Assembly (NCBI GenBank): GCA_905331295.1 | Contig: CAJNYD010000006.1 | Location: 62,001-96,618, forward strand | From: Rotaria socialis | Taxonomy: Eukaryota | DNA: 34,618 nucleotides | Reading direction: 5' to 3' | Shown: one piece after another, positions 12,301 to 24,040 of the stretch | Numbering within the stretch: the stretch's first letter is position 1 | Layout of the letters: the number at the start of each line of letters is the position of its first letter | Made by a program: the position numbers and the translations under genes | The notes under the pieces: model-generated | Told to the model about the DNA's origin: nothing | Seen by the model: only the letters and a program-made list of their open reading frames with translations | Databases searched by the model: none

Positions 12301-15300
12301 TGAAGAACGTCCAGCGATTTTTGTTGAAGTCACAGCAACAGATTTTGATGGTGTCAAAATTATTTTTGAAGATTATGAAATTGGTGATATCACCTTTACT
12401 TATTGTAAATTGCTTACTCAATGATCTAGTTTCTTTTTGTCAAGCTAATGATGTGTAAGTTCAAATAATTGATTTTTTGAAGAAAATTCAATTTGTTGAT
12501 TTTCTTTTCTGTTTCGATATAGACGAACAGAAATAAATGTTACCACCATCAAATTATGTTTATTATACATGGACAGATCCATTACAACCAATAGAATTAT
12601 TTGTATCATGTGGATCTAAGTCAATTAAATTAGACTTTACTGTAAGTAATTTCGTTTTCTGACAAAGAAAAATTTCTAAAACAAAATATCTTTTTGGAAA
12701 TACAAAGATGAGATTTTGAGATTTTTTATAGTTTCTTAGCAATCCAATCATGTTCAATCGTTAGAGTTAACTCGATATGCATCATTAGTTGAATGGTTAC
12801 ATTTGGTTTATGATATGATGATTCAGACACCTGGGAGTTTCTAGGAATCCTTCCGACGTTGGATAGAAAACTTAAAATCCGAAGATAATAAAATTGTTTT
12901 CAGCTCTGCAATAAAAGCTTTCGTTCGGGTACAGTGAGCTCTATAAAAACTTTATTTTTGAGTTCAGAACTTTGCTTTTCTTTTTCAAAATAATTAAAAT
13001 AAAAAAAGCATAAAAATTTAGTCGTCGCTTTCTTAGACAACCGATGTTATGCGTTAAAGTTATAAAATCAGCTAATAATAGATATGAATAACTAAACATT
13101 TTATTTTCTTCATCATGCATAGATAAAAAGTGTTGTTCACTACATCCGATGAAATGGTTCATTGGTGCTAACAGTAGAGATATAACAGTCTTCAAGATGT
13201 TTGAATCATGTTGTTTTCTCTTTAGTCTCCAAATGGTATATTTGGTGAAGATGGTGGACATAAAATAGCTTATAGCATATTTGTTGATGGCATTCAAACG
13301 GGTTTACTCTTTTCTGAGGCTGTAAATTTATAAGAAACAGTTGAAAAAGTATGAATTTGATCTTTATTTTAAAAAACTTAATTAATTATTTCTATAGATG
13401 CCATTACCAGCTGAATCCATGATATTGGTATTTCTATTGTTAATGATATAACACATGAAGAAATGCTTTATATAAGTTTAAATAAATCAAAAGTTGTTTG
13501 GACCGAAATAAAAAAAAAAATCGTGTTAAATCTTTATCACATAATATAAATGCACGTTTAGAAGAACTTTATAGAAATCATCTTGTGCAATGTGAAATAA
13601 ATCCAGATGATAAAGAACTTCACAGGAAAAAATATGAGATCGATGGATTTCGAGTATAATTAATCTTGTTTTATTTTTCTTACAAAATAAAAATTTATAT
13701 ATTTTTGTTTTTTCAAGGAAGTTTTATTTCACGGTGAAACAGCAACATTAATGCAGTCTAAACATAAAAAAAAACATGCTAAATGACAAGCATTATATGG
13801 TCTGTGGATTGATTATTCATGATCAACATCAAGTTCTGCATTACATATACGTCTTAATCGTGTACAAATTGATAATCAACTTGATTATACAATATTTCCT
13901 TTTATGCTTTATCCAGTTATTTCAAAAGGAACAGGAAGTGATTATACGGAAAAACCATTTATTGAATTAAGTGTTCTTGAATCTAAAACAGCACAATCAA
14001 ATATAATGCAATTTAAATATTTTAAAGTACTTATTCAAGAATTTTCTGTTCAAATTGATCAAGGTTTAATTGTTGCCATTCTTGCCTTTTTACAAACAGA
14101 CAGCGTTTGTGTTTTTTCTTCGATTTTCTTTATTGATTCCTTTTTTCTTCTTCTTCTTTCAATAGAATGGTACACCATTGGGAATCAATATGAATACTGA
14201 TTTAGAACAAATTCAAAAACCACTTAATGCTATTATTAAAGCACAAATCGAGAGTCCATCGAGTGAAACAGAAATGTTTTTTGATAATATTCATTTATCT
14301 CCTCCACTTAAAGTATTTTAAAAAAATTATTATTTTACTTTTTCCTAAGTAAACAAATATGTTTAGATTCATGTTAGTTTTTCAATACATGGATCCAAAT
14401 CAAGCGAAGAATTATTAGCTGAATATCCATTAGTTGGATTTCTTTTACAAACATTAAATGTTGCCGAAGTACAAGATGTTATTTTACGGTAAGAGTTATT
14501 ATTGTTTTTTGGTAAATGAATTCGATTTTAATTTTTTTTTCTAGCTTGGGTTATTATGAACGAAATAATGACAAATTTACGACAAGAAAAATAACAAAAG
14601 AAGTTACAGCTCACTATCAAAATCAATTTATGAAACAGCTTCATGTATTAGTACTTGGACTGAATGTACTTGGAAATCCACTTGGTGTTATTCGTGGTCT
14701 TGCCGAAGGTGTTGAATCGTTTTTTTACGAACCATATAAAGTAAAAATTAAATAAAATATTAATAAAAATGTTTGTATTTTATTTGTAAGGGTGCGGTTC
14801 AAGGTCCAATGGAATTCGCTGAAGGTGTAGCAACCGGTGTTCGAGTATTATTTGGTTCAACTGTTGGTGCTTTTTCGAAAATAACTAGTGTAGTTGGAAA
14901 AGGTTTAGAAAATTTAACATTGGATGAAGATTATAAAGCATCACATATTCGACATAAAGAACCAGGAGTGACAGCACCGACACATATTGCTATGGGCGGA
15001 AAAAATGTTGTTATGGTTTGTTGATACTTGCTCTATTATAGTTGAATTTTAGATTTATTTCTGATTTTTTTAAATTTTTTAATAGGGGTTTGTTGATGGT
15101 GTTAAAGAGGTTGTATCAAAACCAATAAGAGGAGCAAAACATGGTGGAGCATCTGGTTTCTTTAAAGAAGAAGGTGTTATTGGTCTTGTCGCAAGACCAA
15201 CAGGTGGAATGGTTGATTTTGCTAGTACATCACTTGATTTAATCAAAAGATAAGATAGTTTATTTTTATAGATATACTTCAAGCTACAAGACATGCTATA

Positions 15301-15533
15301 TCTAATTGTTTTGTAGAAGTAGAATAATCATTGAGTTCCTTAAACAATTTTTACTTGATATTCTCGTAATCAGAGAGTTTTCAGTTCATTTAATATTTCA
15401 TTATATAACAAAAACTTTTGCCGAGAATGCTAGTTCTACTATTATTACTAAGAGGAACTAAAGTCGATAATAGTCGTATATAATAATACCAGCAAAATCG
15501 CGGTTCTATTACACATATCATGCAATGATACAA

Positions 15534-16806
15534 GGGTACTTCCATGGGTAGTCAACCACAAAAACACAAAGATCTTCGACACTTGTTTTGGTGTATCACA
15601 GTTTGTAGAGATTTTTACGCTGATCATTTTGGTAAATTTTGTTTTCTACTTTCGTCAACAAATAGCGATAGTAGGGTCAAAATACTGAAAACCGTAAAAT
15701 AGTTTTGACAAGCTTTTTCTACCTCACTTTTTTCAGTATTTTGACCATATCATCGTTATTTCTTGATGAAAGTAGGAATTTGTTTTGCCCAAAATGATCA
15801 GCGAGCTGAGCTCTACAAACTGGAATATGCCAAAAAAAAAATCTCGAAGATTTTTTGTTTTTGTGGTTGGATATTCATGTGTAGAAAGTCGATCGCTATA
15901 ACTCAAAATGGCTATATTACAGCAGTATGCGGCATAGTGAGTTTGGTAGCCCGGGATCTGCTCTACAAAATCCTATATGTGGCATTCCAAAGACGCCTTA
16001 CAAATCTCGCGTAAAACTCAATACAACATTGTCGACTACAACTGTCATAAAAAACGAAAATGATTCGCACATATTCCCTCGAAATTTCATCTGTTTGAGC
16101 TGAATTTATAGCACAAACTCATTTAATCATGAGGAATGCAATGGTCGACTCTAAAACAAATGATATCCAATTTCAATTAAGTCACGTTCGGACTCTCTGG
16201 ATAGTGACCGCGATTAAAAAATATGTTTTGGCTTGAGCTTTATCTGAAATGGGTGCGAACAGCATTTGGGTCTTGATTAGAAACATATTCGTAATCGAAA
16301 CCTATATTCAACCTGTGTCGTCTTGTTCAAATCTTCTCGATTTAAGCGGTAGCATATGTTATAACTCACAACACTGATAAAAAAATACGGGTAATGATAA
16401 ACTCTTAAAGGGTTTATGAAAATGCAACCTGTGATATACCCTTTTTGACCGTTTATCAGGATGTGAGAAACCCTTTTATCTACCCATCAAAAGACTAAAT
16501 AAAAGGGTTTATCAAGCTAATATACCGAGCGTGGAAAGGTTTGTCAAACCGTTTATACGACTGAAGAACTCTAAAAGGGTATATCACAGGTTGCATTTTC
16601 ATAAACCCTCATCAAGGGTAGATGAAATTTATAAACCAACTCATTTCAACACATATATTCGTTTATAAAAGTGTATATGAAGACGAAATACCTTCAGTAA
16701 AGCTACTAGAAAGCGTTTATTAGATCAATCAACTAAAGAAAGGTTGATCACAGGGTAGTTCAGAGGATTGATCAGTTTCTTCAACTGCCCAAAGGTTGAT
16801 CGNGGG
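15534..16806 (+). repeat. Left terminal inverted repeat (~1273 bp)
   Basis: Reverse complement of 23971-25243; the ORF track shows the same 83-aa ORF at 15763 (+) and 25014 (-). Confidence 0.96.
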
Positions 16807-17430
16807 TTTAGTATTGTACGTGATTGCTCTATTTTATACCACTTCATGGACAAGGGTTTTTTATTCTACCGACAGACATTGACTTATCTACCTTAGCATC
16901 TCCAGGAATAGTTCCATCGTCGGTTGAGGGTTGATTCTCCTTCTTTTTTGTTGAAAAAAGTTCATTATTCATCGTACATGGGTTGATCTTTCCGCTCTTT
17001 CGTTGAAAGCTTTTATTATTCTACGTACAGAGATTGATTGTTCTACTTTTTGATTGGAAAGGTTTATTACTCTACGCACATGGGTTGATTCATCAGCCTC
17101 TCTGGTCGAAGAGTTTATTCTTCTACGTAGAAGAGTTGATCCTAGCTCTCTTTCGATTTGAAGGTTTATTACTCTACGTAAACCGTTGATTATTTTTACC
17201 TCTTCGTCAAAAATGGTTTATTATTCTACGCCTAGAGGTAGATTCTGTTACCATGTGCTGCGAAGGGTTTATTATTCCACGTATAGAGGTTGATTCTTCC
17301 CCCACTTCGTTTGAAGGGTTTATTATTCTATTTTAAGGAATAGACTATGTTATCTGTTCCTTAAAAATGATTTATTATTCTTAATTTAATGTTGATTATG
17401 TTTCGATTAGCCTTAAAAAAATTTATTGAC
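16741..17430. repeat. Left subterminal ~51-bp tandem array, degenerating inward
   Basis: (G)GGTTGAT-like anchors near 16929, 16980, 17032, 17083, 17134, 17184, 17237, 17288, 17339 and 17391, alternating with GGTTTATTATTCTACG. Confidence 0.85.
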
Positions 17431-18089
17431 AAATATTTGTAAGTACACCAGACAGGGCTAAGTGTAACACTGGCTATTAGCATGCTTTAGAGCTTCACTA
17501 AATAAAAGGATAACATGAAGTATGTGAAGCGCTTCTTTTTTTATCTCGTCTCAAGTCGAGGAGAACGGAAAGAGAACGCGTTCGAAACATATGTTTGGAA
17601 TGCATTGCGAACGAGACGATCAGAACGTATACGAGCATGTTTTGAATGTGCTCGTTCCAATTAGTTTATAGATTGAATCAATACTTATCTTCAGTGAATT
17701 TAAAGACATTTTCTACTTTTAATCCTTTCTGTTTATTTCCACACGAAACAATAAAATAGTATCCGTACAAATAAAGAGTACGAGATCGACTGAGAAAAGG
17801 TACAATTATCACATACAAGAGCAATTATAAATAGTTAAATAAAAAAAACAGAAAACACAAATATCTAAATGCAAAACAAACATCAAGATTTTTTTACAGT
17901 TGTTCTTAAATTAACCGACGTTTATCAGTTTCAAAGGTACATGATTGAGAAAAAAAGAGAATTCAGTTCACTCTAGAACAAAAGAAAGATGAACGAATAC
18001 TTACATAATCATTTTCACAAGTTAAAAATACCATACAAGAAAATTGTTGCTATAATATAATTGATTCAATATTTTTGTAATTTTACCTA

Positions 18090-19200
18090 CAGCAGCTACT
18101 GACTCTTGGTCAGCATTATCGTCTGTATTTAATAATTTATGTTACTTGATTAATTCAGAAAAAAATGTTCGTCACGAGCATTCGTATCATCAACCAGAAT
18201 ATGATTTAAGTCAGAGACAAATTGATTTGGATGTTCTTCAGATAGACTAAGATTCATTGATTGAACATCATCACTGTCATCAGTATTATCTAATATTGAA
18301 ACCATTCGAAACTATAAGGCAGAATATTGCAGAATTTTGAATGAAAGCATGATTACCATCTGCATAATAATTGTTCGACAGAAATCAAGGAATTTTCATT
18401 ATCATATTGATGAACAAATCGTTCGAATTGATTATCTAATGTCGTAGAAACATGTTCATGCTGCTCTTCATCATCACTTTGACGCTCAAGTACAGTATTA
18501 AGCAAAATATCTGCACTGTTTATGTTTGCTATTTGAAAAAACGCAATAGTAGCATATATTAGTTTAGAAAAACACAAATAGCTTATATCAATTTAAAGAA
18601 AAGAAAACTCTGAGTTGAAATATCAGATCTCTTTGATATTTTTTCCCTATATCTTGAATTTCGTTGCTTTTTCGACTGACACTGGCAATTAAAATAAGTT
18701 TGTTTAATTAAAGACGACAGTGATGAATTACTGTACTTTAGGTAGAGAAAAGATCACTTTGTGATCGAAAATTTCTATCAGGTTTATCCATCTTAAAAAC
18801 AACAATATCAACTGAAATATCAGAAACAATAAACAAGCTTTTACCTTAATGAACATGATAAAAACGTTTTTTAATTCATGAATATTCAATAAAAAATATT
18901 TATTCATTTTTTGCGCTAAATATTGAAAATATTTAATATTATTACATATCGCAACCATATCCAGCATTCATGTTTTCTATACATCTTCTTTTTATTCAAC
19001 AAGTTCTTTCGTTTAATCATATGCAATTTTTCAGCAATCTACTGCGTGATCCATCTATTCTCTGATTATTTCCCGTTTCCATTAGTTATACGATGCCATC
19101 GACGTATTAGTCTTGTATTCATCTTTTCTTTCAGTACGGAGTCATCCAGTTAAATCATCATCACATCTTTCGACTTATACGCGACAATCTACGTTTATCG
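18090..19200 (-). pseudogene. Possible decayed intron-containing gene fragments (acidic, low complexity) carried inside the element
   Basis: Exon-like blocks ILLNTVLERQSDDEEQHEH...VEQLLCR (donor near 18355) and FRMVSILDNTDDSDDVQSMNLSLSEEH (acceptor near 18314), plus a stop-interrupted K/R-rich block at 18960-19200. No family recognised. Confidence 0.3.
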
Positions 19201-19227
19201 TTCTCATTGATTTTATTTTCCCCTCAT

Positions 19228-22200
19228 GTATCACGATTCAGCAGTTCAGTCGTTCCATATATTACTTTTGGATTGTATACTGAATTATCGAATTTAGTTG
19301 CTAAAAACATTTGATAGATATTGAGGATAACCCGGCTCGTCACTATGCTTTACTTTTACATGAATTATCTCACACAGACATACTTTTTTATATTCATCGT
19401 TTTATGCGTTAGACTGAAATGCAGTTTACTGCTAAAAAACTCTTGAAAAGGATTCAGAAGAATTATTGCTTTTGTATTTACTCTAAATTCTTCTATAGTT
19501 ATACATAGATCAGGTTAGTCATATTTTACTTTTATTTTCAGTGTTCACTGTTATCTTTCGTTCAGTTATCATTAGCATCCGAAAAATGTTGAGAACAATT
19601 TGTATCCTCTCGATTAGTTATTACGATCCATCAATCAAATCGTTCGTTACATATTTTTCTTTCAATCCCATGATCAAGAATTGAAAGTGGTTGTTAATAG
19701 CATATCATATGATATTGAGGACACTTTCTATCTTACCACCTAGTTTTACTTTTGCATGAAAGATGCGACAGTGCCATTCTTCTTTTCTTATTCATCGTTT
19801 CTTTCTTTAGTCTGCCGTGCAGTCTATTCCGGAACACCTTTCTAAAACCATTTTGTTGAATTAATTCCCATTCTAATTGTTTTACATTTTTCTATAAGTT
19901 ATCTAGATCGTTGAAGTGAGTCATATATTGCTTTTATTATTAAATGCTCAGTCATTTCTCTCTTTTAGTGAACACGAGCTTCATGGAAATATTGAGATCA
20001 GTTGATATATCGGGCATTGGATATTACGATTCATCAACTGAGTTGTTCAACGTATATTTTTTTAATTCTATTAGTGAGCATTTGGACTTAGTTACTAAAA
20101 AACATCTCATAAAGATTTAGAAGAATTCATTTCTTTACACTGTGTTTTCCTTTTGCATGAATCATGTGACACCGCGCTTTTTTTGCACATTCATCGTTTC
20201 TTCTATTTTCCTTTAGCCACTTGTGCAGCTTATTGGTCAACAACCTTTCAACACAATTCTGTTGAATTAATTGCCTTTGTAATTGTTTTACATTTGTCTA
20301 TAAGTCATCTAGATTCATGTGGTGAGTAATATTTCAGTTTTATTTCCATTGCTCTGTTACTTCTTTTCTGTCCTTTGGTGAATATTAGCTTCATGGAAAT
20401 ATTGAAAGCAGCTTATGTATGCTGCATTGGTTATTACGATCCATCAATTGAATCGTTCGTTATAGATTTTTTTGATTCTATGGGTGAGTATGCGATTTAG
20501 TTACTAAAAATATTTCATAGAGATCGAGAACAATTAATTGCTTTACAATGTGTTTTGCTTTTGTTGAACTTATGCAACGGGACAAATCTTTTTCTCGTAT
20601 GCATTCTTTCTTTCTATAGTCTGTGATACAGTTTATTGGTTAACAACTATTGGAGATACTTCCCATGAATTATTTCCAATTGTAATTGTTTTTCATTCTT
20701 CTATAAGTCGATTAGATCGATCGGGTGAGTCATATTTCACTTTTATTTTCATTATGCAGTCATTTCTTTCATTTAGTGAACATTGGCCTTAAGTAAATAT
20801 AGAGAACAGTTCATATATTTTCAACAAATTATTACGATGCATCAATCGAGTCCTTCAATATTTGTTTTTCACTTTTATATTGGACTATTCAAGTTAGTTG
20901 GTAATGACTTTTTATAGATGCTTAACGGAATACCCTTATTTGCACTGTGTTTTACGTTTGCAGGAGTTATGCGGCACGGCTAATCGTTTTTTTGGTACTC
21001 CTCATTTCATTCATAAGTTTGTCATTGAGTTTAGTGATGAGTGACTCTCCAAAACGGTTTCAATGCATGTTTGCTCTTCTAACTTTTTTATACTTTTCTG
21101 TCAATCATCGAGATTAATTTCGTGAGTCATGTTTCACTTTTCGTTTCATTGTTGATTCATTCCTTTCATTTAGTGAACACTGCCTTTCAGGAAATATTCA
21201 CAACAGTTCATAACTTATCAATTAATTACTACGATCCTTTAAGATGGTTCAATTTATTCTTTTTGATTCCATGGGTGAGTATTGAACTTAGTTAATAAAA
21301 ACATTTAAAAGATATCGAGAACAATTCGTGTCTGTACACTATTTTTTCAGTGTTTATGAATTATACGACGTCGCCAACGTTTTTATTGTACAGACTGTTT
21401 CTTTATTTAGTCTGTGATGTAGTTTATTGGTTAACAAATTTCGACGATGATTCCTACGAATTTGCTACTTTTATAATTCTTTTACGTTTTTCTATAAAAC
21501 GTCGAGATCGATCAGGTGAGTCATATTTTACTTGTATGTTAATTGCTCAAGCTTCTCTTTCGTTTTCTTGCCATTAACTTTGTGGAAATATTGTGAACAA
21601 TTAACATTTCGCGCATTGGTTATTACGGTGGTTCAATCGAGTTATTCAATATGTTTTCTTTTATTGTATTGGTGAGTATCGAATTTAGTCAGCATAAAGA
21701 CTTTAACCATATTGAGAACGATTCTTGATTACATAGTGGTTCCTACGTTTGCATGAATTATGCGATGCCGCCAATCTTTCTTCGTATTCATCATTTCTTT
21801 CTTTAGTGTGTGATCCACTCTATCGGTGAATAACAGTTCAAAACGATTCCGCTGAATTGATTGCTTTTGTCATTGTGTTATGTTTTCCTATCAGTTATCT
21901 AGATGGATCAGGTGAGTCATACTTTACTTTTATTATTAACGCTCAAGAAGTCATTTCTTTCATTTCGTGAACATTAGCTTTCAGAAAATATCGAGAACAG
22001 TCGTATCTGTTCAAATAATTATTATGATCCATTAATCGAGTCGTTGCACACTTTTATTATTGTATAAGTGAGTATGCAATTTAGCTACTAAAAACATTTC
22101 ATAGATATTGGAAGTATTCATTTCTTTGCATTGCGTTTTGGTTTTGTATTGGCATACGACCCCGCGAATTTGTTTTTCGTATTGATCTTTTCTTTCTTTA

Positions 22201-23400
22201 GTCTGTGGTGCATTTTATTGGTCAACAACTTTCCAAAAACGATGCTGTTGAATTAGTGGCGATTATGATTATTTTCAATTTTCTACGAGTTATCTTGATT
22301 GATCAGGTGAGTCATGTGTCACGTTTATTATTAATGCTCAGTCATGTCGTTCGTTCAGTGAGCATTAACTTCAGGGAAATATTGATAACAGTTGATATGT
22401 GAAGTATTGGTTGTTAGGATCCATCAACCGAATCCTGCGTTATACATTTTTTTAATTCTATGAGTGAGTATCCGATTTAGTTTATAAAACGGTTTGATAG
22501 AGGTTGATAAGATTTGTTCCTGCCACTGTTTCACTTTTACATGAATTATAAGACGCCGAGAATCTTTTTTTCCTATTGAGCGTTTCTTTTTTTAGCCTGT
22601 GGTGCAGTTTATTTGTCAACAACTTTCCTAAACGATTCCAATGAATTAATTTCTATTGTAATTGTTTTCAATTTTCTATACGTTATCTAAATCGATCAGG
22701 TGAGTCTGATTTTGCTTTTCTCTTTTAGTTCTCAGGCATTTATTTCGTTTAGTGATATTAGCTTCATGGAAATATGGATACAGTTTATGCCTCCTCCATT
22801 GATTATTACAATTATCATCAATTGAACGTTCGTTGTATATATTCTTTTGATTCTATAGGTGAGTATCCGATTTAGTAACTAAAAATATTTCAGAGAGATT
22901 GAGAAGAAATCATTTCCTTGCACTTTGCTTTACTTTTACGTGAACTATGTGACGCCGCGAATCTTTTTTTGTATTAATCGCTTCTTTGTTTAGTCTGTGG
23001 CGCAGTTTATTGGTCTGCAACCTTCCAAAAACGATTCCGATGAATTAATTACTATTGTAATTGTTTTCAGTTTTCTACATGTCATCTAGATTGATCAGAT
23101 GAGTTGTGTTTTATATTTATTATCTATGATCAGTCATGTCTTTCGTTTAGTGAACATTAACTTCCTGGAAATATTGAGAACAATTTACAAGTGGTGCATT
23201 GGCTGTTAGGATTCATCAATCGAATCGTTCGTTATACATTTTGTTTGGATTTTATGGGTGAGTATGCGATTTAGTTACTAAAAACATTTGACAGAAATTG
23301 AGAAGAATTCGGTTTTTTACACTTTATTTTACTTTTACATGGCTTATGCGACACCACGAATTCTTTTTTCCCATTCATCGTTTCTTGCTGTAATCTGTGT
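19228..23400 (+). repeat. Diverged tandem array of a ~395-405 bp unit, about 10.5 copies
   Basis: The anchor GTGAGTCAT or a variant recurs near 19514, 19916, 20322, 20725, 21122, 21516, 21912, 22307, 22700 and 23099. Other recurring blocks are GGAAATATTGAGAACA, TTATTACGATCCATCAA, TTTAGTTACTAAAAA and GCATGAATTATGC. Confidence 0.93.
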
Positions 23401-23589
23401 CCCATCTTTGGGTTTACCACATTTGTTGAACTTTTTTCCCGCTGCAGTCGTTCATAAGTGATGGGTCTCATCGATAAGGCGTTCGTAACCCGAGTGCTGA
23501 GCTCTTTCATTCTCTGTGTTCTGCACTTTTGATGCTGTTACTTTTATAGTGATTGGCATAGTTTCATCACTGCTTTGCGAATTACTATT

Positions 23590-24040
23590 CCTGTTCGTTA
23601 CTCTGAATCACCTTTCGATCAGTCTATCTGCAGTTGAAGAAACTAATTGACCCTTTCCACTACCCTTCGATCAACTTATCTGCAGTTGAGAAAACAAATC
23701 AACCCTTTGAACTACCCTGTGATCAACCTGTTGGTAGTTGAAGAAACTGATCAATCCTCTGAACTACCCTGTGATCAACCTTTGGGCAGTTCAAAGGGTT
23801 GATTTGTTTTCTCAACTGCAGATAAGTTGATCGAAGGGTAGTGGAAAGGGTCAATTAGTTTCTTCAACTGCAGATAGNCTTTGGGCAGTTAAAGAAACTA
23901 ATCACCCCTTTGAACTACCCTTCGATCAACCTAACGATAGTTGAAGAAATTGATCAACCCTTTGAACTACCCCTCGATCAACCTTTGGGCAGTTGAAGAA
24001 ACTGATCAATCCTCTGAACTACCCTGTGATCAACCTTTCT
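23590..24040. repeat. Right subterminal ~51-bp tandem array built from two ~25-bp GATCAACC halves
   Basis: Units such as GATCAACCTTTGGGCAGTTGAAGAAACTGATCAATCCTCTGAACTACCCTGT are repeated; the array includes an inverted 90-bp piece and an N at 23878. Confidence 0.88.

Noticed and set aside
15763..16014. Identical 83-aa ORF here and at 24763-25014
   Set aside because: It results from the TIR duplication, has a non-ATG start, overlaps a palindrome and shows no recognisable domain.
16741..17430. Regularly spaced repeats resembling a CRISPR array (also 23590-24040 and the 395-bp array)
   Set aside because: The context is eukaryotic, there are no cas genes, and the intervening sequences are related to each other rather than unique spacers.
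19228..23400. The array as a repeat-protein gene, a spliced-leader RNA cluster or an AP-1 (TGAGTCA) enhancer array
   Set aside because: Both strands have stops and frameshifts; the GGTTATTACGATCC block is not followed by a donor as an SL exon would be; TGAGTCA is explained as part of the GTGAGT donor-like motif.
23624..23877. Perfect ~90-bp inverted copy within the right 51-bp array
   Set aside because: It ends exactly at the N at 23878 inside a repeat array, so a chimeric read or misassembly is more likely than a real hairpin.
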